64,000 bases of DNA from an uncultured Gammaproteobacteria bacterium (GCA_964604515.1 CAZRZA010000001.1:16243-80242), one strand, 5' to 3'; shown: positions 8,905 through 20,139, counted from the first letter of the stretch. Notes: a model not told the origin generated them from the sequence alone. A program made the numbers and translations.

Positions 8905-11900
8905 TTAATCTACCTCTATCCAAGTATCGCTTGTATATATCTCTTCCTGATCCCACCAGTCTACAATTTTAATTTGGGGTTTATAACAAGATGTTCCTTC
9001 TTTATTTGATTTACCATCAGTACCATCACATTCAACAGCAGGGTCACCGCTATAAGTATAATTATATTGAAATACTTTATACCCCTCACTACAAGCATCA
9101 TTTGTACCACCAAAACCTTGCATATCTACACCAGTGTCTGTTGGATTATCACAAATTCCATTATCATCAGCATCAGTACACTCTAGAGAATGAGGCATTG
9201 TCCAATCAGAATTACATTTTGGTATTCTATTCTTATACTTACCAATAGTACCTGTAAAATAACCAAGGCCTTCCCAATCAACTTTTATAGCTTTTATGGG
9301 TGAAGCGTCAGGATATGCATAGTAATAGAATTTAATAGCTGCATTACCAGACTGATCATATTCTACCGTTATTCCTTCGTCTCCAAAAGTACATAAATTA
9401 CCACCACTACAATCAAGTTTATATGCTTTGGGATCATATACAGCCCCTGCATAACTATTAACAATATCACCAAGGCCGTCTGTTGAAAGATGATCGTAAG
9501 AATTACCGCTCCACTCTAAATTATATACTTGATAAAATAACTTTTTTAATTCTGTTACAATATATTCTGTCCCAAAGAAAACTGAAGAAGAATAATAAGT
9601 GTTATTAAGAACAGTACCTACTGGAACCTCAGTAATTATTGGTAAAGTATTGTCCCAATCTTGTGCTGCACCAAAATTACCATCTAATATTGTTGCGCTT
9701 CCAATCTCTGAGTATTTAAGAGCGGAAGAACCATATGATGCTGAGGAGTATGCATATGCTGACCAATTAACTATATCAGAAGTCGGATTATTTTTACTTC
9801 TCCACCAAATATCAGCTCTAACAATAGTCTTGTTATGCTCGGCAATACTGTCTACCTCTACAACTTGCCCACATTGCTGATAACAAGCATCTCCCGCACA
9901 AGTATTACCTGACAAAGAAATAGTATAACCACTTCCTGGTGTAGAGCAATCAGTTTCTGTTGTTGCTGCTAAACAGTCTTCTATTTCTGAGCTAATATCT
10001 AAGTCTGGAAAGCTCTCTGGCAATCCACTTAAGTCATATTCTGAGCAATAATCATTACTTATGGTTAAAGCCTCTATTAAGCTTACTATATCATACTCAT
10101 CTGTTCCATCGTCTTCTGTTCCGGCATTAATACTATCATAATAACCCTTATAAATAGTTTTGCTTCTCATACACTCTCTACCATAGGTTGGTCCTGAACA
10201 ATCAAGCTCATTGCACTCTTCTACTCCATCCTCTGGATTATATACATAATAATTATGATTCAATTCATTACAGTATGACTTATGACCATAAACACCCTCG
10301 TCCCAAGGACAATCCTTATGATCAGGAGTGTAACCAGGATAAGTACCATCACCACCTATACCATTTTCTAAATAAACATGTTTTGTATATACCTTGTGCT
10401 TGTTATCATCACAAGCCGGAAAACCAGACTCTTCACTTTCATCATTATGGCTACATATAATCTTATTATTATTTGTTAAACCAACTGATAAATAACTAGA
10501 ACCACTATATGTAGCATTAGGTTTTACATTTTCATCATAATAATAATATTTTAATGTCCCATCAAATAAAGCCTCAATATCACTCTCAAGACTTATGTCA
10601 CCGGTGCCAGATTCCAAATTAAAATCTTCTCTCATAAATCTACTATCACTAGCATCTCCAGGTATCAGTCTGCCACTACCTGTGGTAGGGTAAATAACTT
10701 CTTTACTAGAAACTGTATCGGTTTGATACTTTATATCTCCAATAGTATCTTTCATAAGATGCTTTAAGTAACTATTTTCAAACTCCGCAATATTAATTTT
10801 GCTACCAGCAGGAGCTACCATTAATAAATTACAATAATTATCGTTGAAATAACCACAATATATTAAATCTTCTGGTATTGTATATGCTTCACCAACTGAA
10901 CAGAAATATAAGTCTCCATCTGCATTATAATAACCAGCTTCATCATAATTATCATATAAACTATCTGTGCCACTAATGCTTTCTACCGGATACCATTGAG
11001 TGCATAAATTAGGAATACGATCATAAGAGCCACCCGCATCTGTATCTACTAATATATTAGATCCCTTAGGACTTTTATCATATTCTACACAAATACCAGG
11101 CCAATTATAATAAGTCTCAACTTTAGTTTTCTTAGAACAAGTACCAAAGCCCATCTCACCCTGACAATATACATCTTTATCTGTTGAAGTTGAACAATCT
11201 TCACCTAATAAATCAGGATCTCCTTCTGTACAAACCATATCACTAGAAGACTCTCCTTTGGCTATATATTTAGAATAATTAAGACCATAAGAAACTTTTT
11301 GATAAGTTGTTTCACAGCCACTAGGATTATCACTATTACAAATTTCAACTTGTTGATGATTTGAACTAATTTCACTGGTAGTAGGATTAATAACAGTATC
11401 TGGGAAAGGAGATTCTTCAATTGTATATCCTCTGGTACTTAAGCCATAATAAATATCATCACTATTACCTGCTTGAGGATTTAACCAACAACGCTCTTCA
11501 GAGCATTCACCATAAAAATCACCAACATTACAATCATCACCATTATTAGCAACATCAACACAAGCGGCATGTGTACCACCATTGATAACTAAACGAGGTC
11601 CATCAGTAAAATTATAAACTACCAAACCTTCAACTGGATACATATCTGGAACAGAATAACCTAAATATTCATCATCTGACCATCCTAAATAAGTACCTGC
11701 TAATCTTCCTTGATATTCTTCTTTAGTTAAAGGATCAACCTTAGTTATAATATCATCATCTAAATTAGTATAATTAGCCCATTGAGCACAACTTCTAAAA
11801 GGATCAGAGGAATCATAATTATATTCTGTACAAATACCCACTGAATCACATATATTTTTTACTTGCCCTTTATTATCTGTAACTTGAGTCAGAGACTTAC

Positions 11901-14900
11901 AAGCTAACCATTCTGAACACTTTCTATCTTTTTTAACTTTTATTAACTCATTAGAGTCACAGTCACCTACTATGGTAGGATCACAAGTACTAGGAGTCAT
12001 TGGAGTGCCAGCTGCTGTACTGCTAGCATAAGTGTCTATTGAGTCATAAATAGCTATTACTTCTGAGTGAGAAGAATTCCAATTATTAGCATTATAGAAT
12101 AACATACAACCACTATTCTGATCTACTTGACCAGTACAAGATGTTTTATCTATTTCCTCATTATCAAAATAATAATATGATTGATAATCTCCTTCTACAG
12201 TAATATCACAATTACCAGCTGTACAATCATCCATATCATTGGGATCTCTAAACTCTGTACATAAATTTTGTTCTTCCGGACAAATATTAACCCAATTATT
12301 ATTATAGTCACAGGGCTCTGGAGTATCAGTATTCAAGGTATCTATTTTCCACCAACCATCTGTCAAAGCATTATTATAGGTAATATCAGTTTCATAACGA
12401 CATAATTTATCTCCCGGATATTTAAAGTAATACATTTGTCCTTTAGAGTTTACAAAATTATCACAATATAAACCATCTTCTTCACATAGATTATCACTAT
12501 ATTGATCTGGATCATTGATACGGAAAACAGTATCATAATCAACTATAGTATCAGTAGTATCTAGTTCTGGTAATCCTAAAGCCTGACAACCCTGGTATTC
12601 TCCTGGACAATACTTATCAATATCTGGAACTAAATATTCAATACTATCTGCAGAAATAGTTAATTCTGCATTACCACTACCATATGTTTCTGCAAAAGGA
12701 CTGTCTGAATTATGAGTATTAATAACACCAGTACAACCAATAGCTTCTTCAGAACATAATTCATTAAATGATTTTAAATTATAAGCCTGCCCATTACCAT
12801 CAATATGTTCCTGACAACCAAGATAATAACCGGTATATGGTAAGTCACAAGAAGCTGGTGTAGTCCAAGAATCTTTAATCAAAGAAATATTACCAATAGT
12901 TTCTCTTAATTCTAAATTATCTATATAGATAAAATCAGCTCCATTTACTATTAATTGTAAAGACATATTATCTGCCAAAGAAGCATAATCTAATTCTGCA
13001 AAACTATCATTAGTAATTGTTAATTTATAATCTTGCCAATTAGATATTGCTATATCTTCATCAGAGTCTAAAGGAAGTTCCCCTAAGTCTATTATCTCTG
13101 CCCCTGTATCATCTAATAATTGAAGGCTAATATTATCTATAATACCTGTATTCATCATCCACCAGGATATTTCAAAGTTTTTATTTAATTGTATAGTATC
13201 TGCTATAGCTCTAGTAAAGGTACTGTTTGTGCTTAATTTTAAAGATTTACCATTATTAGATAAAGAAGCATTAGAAATATCTAAACTACCATTATTAGTA
13301 TTCCAAGAATTATAAGTACCATCTTCAAAATCATCTTTAAAGACGCTTCTTAAATTATTAGCAGAATTACCTTTATAAGCTCGACAATTGTTATGCTCTA
13401 TTGAACAACTATTACTTAAACTAGCTATGCCCTTATATAATTGTCCAGAACTATTACGACGATAATCAAGACAATTATCTGTCGCAAAAATTAATCTATT
13501 TTGTAATCTCCAATGAGTATTACCAGCTATATCAAAGAATTCACGACAATGAGGGTTATATTCTGGGTCATCATAAATATCAGCTGTATCTGCCCCACAA
13601 CTTGCTACAGTATCCGTAGTATCCTGACAAGTGTCTCCTCCAGGAGATATATTTGTACAAGGTGCTTGGTCTATATTAGATTTTAAGGCTAACCAAGTCT
13701 CTATTTGATAACCAGCGACATCAGAGCCCTCCCAAGTATAATATGTTTCTCCACTTTCTTCATAAACACATTGTCTAAGGAAAGAATAGTGTTCTGTATA
13801 TTCTCCTCCTTGACTTTGAGATCCTAAATTAGTAAATGATTCACAACCAATATATTGAGCTGGGCAAGCTATTCCTGTTTCTGGTATAAAATTATAATAC
13901 TCTACTTCATAATTACTTTCTAACTCATCAAAAGAACTTGGCATTTGAGCAAAAGAATCATAATTAAGACATTCAGCGGGACATAAATCATCTTGAGTTA
14001 TAATAGCTGGAATTAAATAACCACCATTAGAAGGAGTATAGCCCTGACAACCGACTTCTGTTGCCTGACACATTACTCTATCTTTATTTAAATTAATTTT
14101 ACCACCATCTCCATAGCTAGAATATGAAGGTGCAAAGCTATTTGCAGAAGAAACTATTTTTAATTGAATATTATCAAAATCTAAAAGACCAGTAGAAGAA
14201 TAAATATTAATACTAGCACTAGCTACATATTCATTTGTTTTAAAGTTACAATATCCTTTTTCTAAAGAAGTATTAGAAGGATTAAATTCTAATTTAATAT
14301 TATTATTACTTAAAGAACAATTACCAATGCCCTCTTCTCCTCCTGCTATACTGCTACTACTACAATCATTACTACCATCACAAGTTGCTATATCAATAAT
14401 AGCATCAGAATTAGATCCTGTTTGGGCAGCTAAAATTGCAATATTATAATTAGTATTAGGTAATAAAGTAATATTAGTATATAAGGGTGTTGTTCCTATT
14501 ATGACTTTTCCATCAAAAATACTACCCGCACCACTCCAACCAGTTGGTGTATTATTAGTCTCTCCATCAAAACTACTATTAGCTATTAAATTTGGTCCAG
14601 AGCCAGAACCAATAGCTGGTGTCATTACAATATATTCTGAACAGCCTTCATAATTATCGGGACAAGAACTAGTATTACTGTTTAAGAACAAATCATTACT
14701 TCCAATGCTTATATTACTATCTAAAACCCAGTCACCATTACTATCTTTTTCTTGAGAATAACGTAAACAACCCGCATTATTAGAGGTACAATACTCTAGA
14801 GTATCTTGAATATATGATTCTCTGCCATAACTAGCACTTTCAAAACTTAAACAGCCAGCATAATTAGGATTACAAGAATCACCTTCAAAACGCCAAATAT

Positions 14901-16647
14901 TCTCAGAACGAGTACAGTATCCATAATTAGTTTTACAATTACCCTGCTCATCTTCTTCTAAACAAGTTTTAAAGTCCGCACAATATTGAACACGACGAGA
15001 AGACAAAGAAGACTGTAATTCATTAGAATATGCCAAAGACTGACACATGGCACTAGGTTCTTTCAAAACCCAATCTTCATCTATTAAATGATAAAAAGGA
15101 TTGTGACCAGTATCATCATCACCAAAAATACAATTATAATTAGCATTGCTATTATCACTATCTTCAAAACACCCCAAAACCTCTGCTAATACCACTGGAT
15201 TGCTACCTGGACTAGCTAAAGCTGCTAATTCCCAACCAATGGGTAAGACTCCTGCTTTACGTAATTTAACTAAATTCTTATAACAAAGACCATTTTTATA
15301 ACAATCATAACTTTGATGAGTAGGATTTTCAGGAGATATCAATGGTAAATTATCATCCAGAGAGCCTTCGTCTATAAGCTGTCTAATTGTTTTCTTTTTA
15401 GTTATCAAAGAAAGAAATTCATTGTCAATAACACAATGATCTGCTTTACGAATATCTTCTTCCCCAGGACAAACAACATAATTTGTTAATAAACTATATT
15501 CTGGCATTTCTTGAAAATCAGGTGTTTTTATTTCTTTACTTATATCATAACCACGGGGTGGACGAGAAAAATCAAAACCACCTCTTAATCTGGAAACTAA
15601 ATCTTCAAAATTATCATCATCCTCATATTGATGCATGCCTAATAAACCTTTTTCTATATAAAATCTAGATAATTGACCGGCAATAGTCATAAGAAAACTC
15701 ATGCTAGCATTAGAAATAGCATTGGTTAGGGCCAAAGGAACACCTTCCCAGCTTAAGGACCTAAAATCACCTCCGGAAAAATTCTTAGCCTGTTCACTAG
15801 TTATATCACCCGAACTTTCTAATTCTTTAGCTATGGTCTCGCAACCAGTCTGCTTCTTCTCAGTAATAGGGGTTTTTTTATCTTTAAAACCTTGGCACTT
15901 AGCAAATTCCGCTTTTTTTTCTTCTAAGGTTTTATTCTTATCTTTTTTTATTTCATCTTGTAAAGATAAAAAAGTTCCTAATTCATTTTTCTTTACAGAA
16001 AACATTTTGCTAAAATATTCATTATAAGCATCCTCTTGTTCTTGTGGAGTATCATAAGCTGAAACATCTAATTTCTTTTTTGTAAAATTAACTTGTAATA
16101 TACTAGCCAATTTTTTATCTTTTAATGTTTCTCCAAATTCTTTCCAATTATTAACAACATTATTAAAATCACAATTAGGTGCTGGTGGTTTTTCGACATC
16201 TAATAATCCTAAAGTCAAAGAAAGTTTTATATCTAAAGAAGGAGAACAAAGATTAAGCTTTTCAAAACCACTATCATTTAAGCTAGAAGAAAGATCACCA
16301 ATAAAATCTCCCGCTGCAGAAGAAGCAGCATCAGCAAACAATTCAGAAGCTGTTTTTGTTTCAAATAATGGTTTACCACCCGTCTCTCCTTCTAATACTT
16401 GATTTAAAACACCGAAAGCAGCTTGTTGAGCTACATACTCTGCTGTATAATCTGTTAATTTATAAACTGTTCTTAAGGCTGCAAAATTTAAAGCATCTCC
16501 TATTTTTTCCCAAATCCATTTAGCAGAATCAACTACACCAAAAGTGGCCCATTGAGCTTTAGCTGGTTTTATATTACTAAATCCTATACCAGTTATTATA
16601 AAAAAGAATAAGGAAATACTAATTAAAATCTTTTTGGAGTTATTCAT
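8905..16647 (-). CDS. Giant (2580 aa) secreted Cys-rich surface protein with carbohydrate-binding-like jelly-roll domains
   Basis: Signal peptide ending AKA, densely spaced Cys throughout, NLIANSSFDG and VFKDDFEDG CBM-like domain starts, acidic composition. Confidence 0.8.
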   Translation of the reverse strand: MNNSKKILISISLFFFIITGIGFSNIKPAKAQWATFGVVDSAKWIWEKIGDALNFAALRTVYKLTDYTAEYVAQQAAFGVLNQVLEGETGGKPLFETKTASELFADAASSAAGDFIGDLSSSLNDSGFEKLNLCSPSLDIKLSLTLGLLDVEKPPAPNCDFNNVVNNWKEFGETLKDKKLASILQVNFTKKKLDVSAYDTPQEQEDAYNEYFSKMFSVKKNELGTFLSLQDEIKKDKNKTLEEKKAEFAKCQGFKDKKTPITEKKQTGCETIAKELESSGDITSEQAKNFSGGDFRSLSWEGVPLALTNAISNASMSFLMTIAGQLSRFYIEKGLLGMHQYEDDDNFEDLVSRLRGGFDFSRPPRGYDISKEIKTPDFQEMPEYSLLTNYVVCPGEEDIRKADHCVIDNEFLSLITKKKTIRQLIDEGSLDDNLPLISPENPTHQSYDCYKNGLCYKNLVKLRKAGVLPIGWELAALASPGSNPVVLAEVLGCFEDSDNSNANYNCIFGDDDTGHNPFYHLIDEDWVLKEPSAMCQSLAYSNELQSSLSSRRVQYCADFKTCLEEDEQGNCKTNYGYCTRSENIWRFEGDSCNPNYAGCLSFESASYGRESYIQDTLEYCTSNNAGCLRYSQEKDSNGDWVLDSNISIGSNDLFLNSNTSSCPDNYEGCSEYIVMTPAIGSGSGPNLIANSSFDGETNNTPTGWSGAGSIFDGKVIIGTTPLYTNITLLPNTNYNIAILAAQTGSNSDAIIDIATCDGSNDCSSSSIAGGEEGIGNCSLSNNNIKLEFNPSNTSLEKGYCNFKTNEYVASASINIYSSTGLLDFDNIQLKIVSSANSFAPSYSSYGDGGKINLNKDRVMCQATEVGCQGYTPSNGGYLIPAIITQDDLCPAECLNYDSFAQMPSSFDELESNYEVEYYNFIPETGIACPAQYIGCESFTNLGSQSQGGEYTEHYSFLRQCVYEESGETYYTWEGSDVAGYQIETWLALKSNIDQAPCTNISPGGDTCQDTTDTVASCGADTADIYDDPEYNPHCREFFDIAGNTHWRLQNRLIFATDNCLDYRRNSSGQLYKGIASLSNSCSIEHNNCRAYKGNSANNLRSVFKDDFEDGTYNSWNTNNGSLDISNASLSNNGKSLKLSTNSTFTRAIADTIQLNKNFEISWWMMNTGIIDNISLQLLDDTGAEIIDLGELPLDSDEDIAISNWQDYKLTITNDSFAELDYASLADNMSLQLIVNGADFIYIDNLELRETIGNISLIKDSWTTPASCDLPYTGYYLGCQEHIDGNGQAYNLKSFNELCSEEAIGCTGVINTHNSDSPFAETYGSGNAELTISADSIEYLVPDIDKYCPGEYQGCQALGLPELDTTDTIVDYDTVFRINDPDQYSDNLCEEDGLYCDNFVNSKGQMYYFKYPGDKLCRYETDITYNNALTDGWWKIDTLNTDTPEPCDYNNNWVNICPEEQNLCTEFRDPNDMDDCTAGNCDITVEGDYQSYYYFDNEEIDKTSCTGQVDQNSGCMLFYNANNWNSSHSEVIAIYDSIDTYASSTAAGTPMTPSTCDPTIVGDCDSNELIKVKKDRKCSEWLACKSLTQVTDNKGQVKNICDSVGICTEYNYDSSDPFRSCAQWANYTNLDDDIITKVDPLTKEEYQGRLAGTYLGWSDDEYLGYSVPDMYPVEGLVVYNFTDGPRLVINGGTHAACVDVANNGDDCNVGDFYGECSEERCWLNPQAGNSDDIYYGLSTRGYTIEESPFPDTVINPTTSEISSNHQQVEICNSDNPSGCETTYQKVSYGLNYSKYIAKGESSSDMVCTEGDPDLLGEDCSTSTDKDVYCQGEMGFGTCSKKTKVETYYNWPGICVEYDKSPKGSNILVDTDAGGSYDRIPNLCTQWYPVESISGTDSLYDNYDEAGYYNADGDLYFCSVGEAYTIPEDLIYCGYFNDNYCNLLMVAPAGSKINIAEFENSYLKHLMKDTIGDIKYQTDTVSSKEVIYPTTGSGRLIPGDASDSRFMREDFNLESGTGDISLESDIEALFDGTLKYYYYDENVKPNATYSGSSYLSVGLTNNNKIICSHNDESEESGFPACDDNKHKVYTKHVYLENGIGGDGTYPGYTPDHKDCPWDEGVYGHKSYCNELNHNYYVYNPEDGVEECNELDCSGPTYGRECMRSKTIYKGYYDSINAGTEDDGTDEYDIVSLIEALTISNDYCSEYDLSGLPESFPDLDISSEIEDCLAATTETDCSTPGSGYTISLSGNTCAGDACYQQCGQVVEVDSIAEHNKTIVRADIWWRSKNNPTSDIVNWSAYAYSSASYGSSALKYSEIGSATILDGNFGAAQDWDNTLPIITEVPVGTVLNNTYYSSSVFFGTEYIVTELKKLFYQVYNLEWSGNSYDHLSTDGLGDIVNSYAGAVYDPKAYKLDCSGGNLCTFGDEGITVEYDQSGNAAIKFYYYAYPDASPIKAIKVDWEGLGYFTGTIGKYKNRIPKCNSDWTMPHSLECTDADDNGICDNPTDTGVDMQGFGGTNDACSEGYKVFQYNYTYSGDPAVECDGTDGKSNKEGTSCYKPQIKIVDWWDQEEIYTSDTWIEVD

Positions 16648-16652
16648 ATATT

Positions 16653-17384
16653 TTATTTTTGTATTAATTTATCTCTTATTTCTAATAATTCTTCTTCAGT
16701 CAAAGAATTAATTTCTTCTACATTAGCCTGTGGTTGACTTAAAAGAAAAGATCTTATTTCTTCTGCACCCAAATCTTCAATATTAGTATTAGAATTTAAA
16801 CCACTTTCATTTATAGCTAATAATAAAGTTAGTAAATCATCATCTGTTAAAGAATTAACATCTTCTTCCGAAATATTATTATCTAATAAGAATTGTCTAA
16901 ATTCATTCAAAGTAGCTTGTAAGATAGTTAAATTAGGATCTGAAATAACATCTCCCACTACTTCTGATAATTTACTACTAGGAGTAATTAAAGATAATAA
17001 ATTACAATTTTCTCCCCGCGGACATAAAGGTTCCTGACCAGAGTTAACTTCTTCATAATCAGTATAACCATCACTATCTGTGTCTTCTAAAAAAATAGAA
17101 GTACGATATTGATATAATTCTTGATAATCTGTTAAACCATCATGATCTGTATCCTTGTCTTTTAATTCCGCAATACTTACTTGTTTATTATCTTCTAATT
17201 CTTTATCTAACTGTCTTTGTAAGGCTTCTGGTATTTCAACAAGAAAAGGATTATAAAGAGATTGTTTTAAATACTTAAAACCAAAGATAATAATAATTAT
17301 AGCTATTAAAACAAAAAAGAATATAATTTTATTATTATGAGCTTCTTTTTTATTTCCTAAAATAGAGTTATTTTTTATAGTCAT
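16653..17384 (-). CDS. Membrane-anchored protein with Ca-binding DxDxDG (thrombospondin type 3-like) repeats
   Basis: N-terminal TM; DTDHDGLTDYQE and DTDSDGYTDYEEV..GQEPLCP. Confidence 0.8.
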   Translation of the reverse strand: MTIKNNSILGNKKEAHNNKIIFFFVLIAIIIIIFGFKYLKQSLYNPFLVEIPEALQRQLDKELEDNKQVSIAELKDKDTDHDGLTDYQELYQYRTSIFLEDTDSDGYTDYEEVNSGQEPLCPRGENCNLLSLITPSSKLSEVVGDVISDPNLTILQATLNEFRQFLLDNNISEEDVNSLTDDDLLTLLLAINESGLNSNTNIEDLGAEEIRSFLLSQPQANVEEINSLTEEELLEIRDKLIQK

Positions 17385-17452
17385 TAATTAACAATACTTT
17401 TTATTTTAATATTCATTATTATAACATAAAAAAGGATAATTAACAAAATGGT

Positions 17453-18283
17453 TTAAGATATTTTAGAATATAAATCTAACCAATTTTCTTTAGTTAAATC
17501 TTGAGCTCTAATATTCTTGTCTAAATTTAAACTGGTAAATATTTTAATCAATTTATCCTTTTTTAAATTACTGTCTATTATTAAATTATTTATTAATTTT
17601 TTTCTCTTATGTATAAAGCCTCTATGAATTAAATTCCAAACTTCATCTTCAGCTACATTATAACTCCATTGATGAATATCATAAATATGTATTAAAGCAG
17701 AGTCTACTTTAGGAATAGGATAAAAATCTTCTTTTTTTACTATAGCTACTGTCTCTACTTGAGCATAAAAAGAAATAGCTAAAGATAATAAGCTTTGTCT
17801 CTGATCTATTAAACGATCAGCCACTTCTTTTTGTACCATCAAAAACATATCAGAAGGTTGTTTTTTAAAAGACAAAAACTTATTAATAAACTTAGAGGTT
17901 AAATAATATGGTATATTGGCTACTATTTTATAATTATTTAATTTAGAATTTAATAATACTTTTCTAAATTGTTCATTAGTTAATGATAGTATATCTTGCC
18001 AAATAATTTCTAAATTATTATTATCTTTTTCTAATTTATTTAATACTTTAGAAAAATTTTTATCTATTTCTATAGCTATTACTTTCTGCTTATCTTTAAT
18101 TAATCTTTTTGTTAAAGATCCTAAACCAGGACCAACTTCCAAAATTAATTCTTCTTTGTTAATATTTGCTTCTTTAATAATAATATCTAAAATATCTTCT
18201 GAAATTAAAAAATTTTGCCCCCTAATCTTATTAGGAGACAAATTATATTTTTCTAATAATTTAAATAATTCTTCTTTAATCAT
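17453..18283 (-). CDS. rsmA: 16S rRNA adenine dimethyltransferase KsgA
   Basis: GQNFL, LEVGPGLGSLT, VANIPYYLTS, MVQKEVADR, FYPIPKVDSA. Confidence 0.96.
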   Translation of the reverse strand: MIKEELFKLLEKYNLSPNKIRGQNFLISEDILDIIIKEANINKEELILEVGPGLGSLTKRLIKDKQKVIAIEIDKNFSKVLNKLEKDNNNLEIIWQDILSLTNEQFRKVLLNSKLNNYKIVANIPYYLTSKFINKFLSFKKQPSDMFLMVQKEVADRLIDQRQSLLSLAISFYAQVETVAIVKKEDFYPIPKVDSALIHIYDIHQWSYNVAEDEVWNLIHRGFIHKRKKLINNLIIDSNLKKDKLIKIFTSLNLDKNIRAQDLTKENWLDLYSKIS

Positions 18284-18960
18284 TATTTTAATCTATCTTT
18301 TATAAAAACAATTATTCTTAATAAGAAGCCAAAACAAATAAACACAGTTATTACTAAAGTACCAGGTGGTAAATAATGAGTTAGCTCTGGATTAAGAAAG
18401 TATTTCTGCCAACCACTCATTTTACCTAAAGCTAAAATATGAAAAAGTCCAAAAAGCAATGCTGGGTAAACCAATCTTTGAATAAATTTCCATTTCTTAT
18501 AACCCAAAGCTATTAAACTCTTTTTGGTACCTGCTAAAATAATAATAGCTAGGAAAAGAATAAAAGATAAAAGGCCTGTTAAAAAAGCTAAATTAAAGCC
18601 CCAGTGACCAGAAGAAATAGCTATTATTACATGAACAATAACTAATAAGAAGCCTAAAACTCCTATTTCTTTGCGATAACCTATTTTCTTACAAAAGGAA
18701 GGTATAAAAGCTGCTAAAGGGCCAATTAGAATAGAAATAACTATTAAAGCTACTCCTGTTAGAGCAAATGCTTTGTTTATTAAGAAGTTAAGACTAATAT
18801 CATTTTCTGTAATAAAAGGTAAAAAAACATCTCTTCTAATATAATGATAATAAAGAGTAATAATAAAAATAGGTAAGGCTAATTTAAAAGCATAAATCCA
18901 ATCTTGAGTTTCATGTATTTTAAATTCTTGTTTTTCTTTAACTAGTTTTTCTTTGGTCAT
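18283..18960 (-). CDS. Ferric reductase-like transmembrane protein (MsrQ/YedZ-like heme-binding)
   Basis: YRKEIGVLGF....VH, LGYKKWKFIQRLVY....LFH. Confidence 0.8.
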   Translation of the reverse strand: MTKEKLVKEKQEFKIHETQDWIYAFKLALPIFIITLYYHYIRRDVFLPFITENDISLNFLINKAFALTGVALIVISILIGPLAAFIPSFCKKIGYRKEIGVLGFLLVIVHVIIAISSGHWGFNLAFLTGLLSFILFLAIIILAGTKKSLIALGYKKWKFIQRLVYPALLFGLFHILALGKMSGWQKYFLNPELTHYLPPGTLVITVFICFGFLLRIIVFIKDRLK

Positions 18961-18972
18961 AATTTTTTTTAA

Positions 18973-20136
18973 TTAAAGTAATAAATATAATAAAGACATA
19001 CCACCTGCTAAGATAAATGTTAATTTAAAAGCAAATATTTCATCGGCAATAAAGAAAAGAGCAGTATATATTAAAAGAATAGCAATAAACTTACCAACCA
19101 CTAAAGACATTTCAAAGAAAACTACTGTTTTCATAACACTTCTAGACTTAGCTCTTTCATAAGTAATAGCTGTTAAAGGAACAGCGACAACATTTTTAGC
19201 TAAACGAGATAAAGTGTCTACAAAAAATATTCCTAATTGATTTATAATAAAGATACGAGCAAACCAAGCTAATGAATAAAAAGAAGCTCCTAAGGATAAA
19301 ATAGACCTCTTATTATTAGAATCTGTAATTCGACCAATATAAAGAGTAATTACAGAAGTTACTAAAGTAGCTAAAGTAACTATTAATCCTAAATCAAATA
19401 TATCTGTAATAATAATAGAAATAAAAACAGGCCAAACTACTAAAACAATTAATTCTTCTCCAAAACCTAAATAAGCTAAAAATGATTTTCTATTCTTACT
19501 ACTAATTAAATATTTATAAGCTTCTTTATAAGAAAAGTCTTTCTTTTCAAATTCTTCTTTAGTAATTAAAGTTGGTATATTAGAAGCTAAGAATATAATA
19601 GTAGCTATAGTAAATAAAGCCCCAAAACCCCATTGTGTAATTATAAAACCAGCTAAAGCTGGTCCAATTATATAAACTAAAGAAACAGCTGTGGTTAAAC
19701 CACTAATCTCTCTACCCTCTTCGCTATCATCAGAAAAACGAGCAAAGTCAGCATGATAGGCTGGCCAATAAAATGTTTTCTGTGCAGCTAAAATAAGAGG
19801 TACTATATAAAAAAGAAAAGAATACTGTTCAATAAAGAATAAACCAATATAAAACAAAGAAAAGAGAATGGTTCCCAATAACATACCTAATTCATAACCC
19901 TTTTTTCTAGCAAACTTAGCCCCTAAAGGCATGATCCAAAAATAAACAAAATAAGTTATTAAATAGAAAAACATTATCTTCTGTAAAGAGTAGCCTATTT
20001 TATATAAATAAATAGGCTCAAAGATCATAACCATAGCTAAAGCTAAATTAACTAAAATAGTAGAAGCAAATAATTCTTTAACCTGCCTCTTCATATTATG
20101 TGGTAGAAAATCTTTTAAAAATCCTATATAATTCAT
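18973..20136 (-). CDS. MFS transporter
   Basis: About 12 TM segments; FYWPAYH...GREISG...IIGPALAG, GRITD motif. Confidence 0.85.
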   Translation of the reverse strand: MNYIGFLKDFLPHNMKRQVKELFASTILVNLALAMVMIFEPIYLYKIGYSLQKIMFFYLITYFVYFWIMPLGAKFARKKGYELGMLLGTILFSLFYIGLFFIEQYSFLFYIVPLILAAQKTFYWPAYHADFARFSDDSEEGREISGLTTAVSLVYIIGPALAGFIITQWGFGALFTIATIIFLASNIPTLITKEEFEKKDFSYKEAYKYLISSKNRKSFLAYLGFGEELIVLVVWPVFISIIITDIFDLGLIVTLATLVTSVITLYIGRITDSNNKRSILSLGASFYSLAWFARIFIINQLGIFFVDTLSRLAKNVVAVPLTAITYERAKSRSVMKTVVFFEMSLVVGKFIAILLIYTALFFIADEIFAFKLTFILAGGMSLLYLLL

Positions 20137-20139
20137 ATC

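Noticed and set aside
8900-8956. 52-nt overlap between the giant protein and the VirB6-like ORF
   Set aside because: Artefact of the most-upstream start; the ATG at 8899 removes the overlap and gives a normal signal-like N-terminus.
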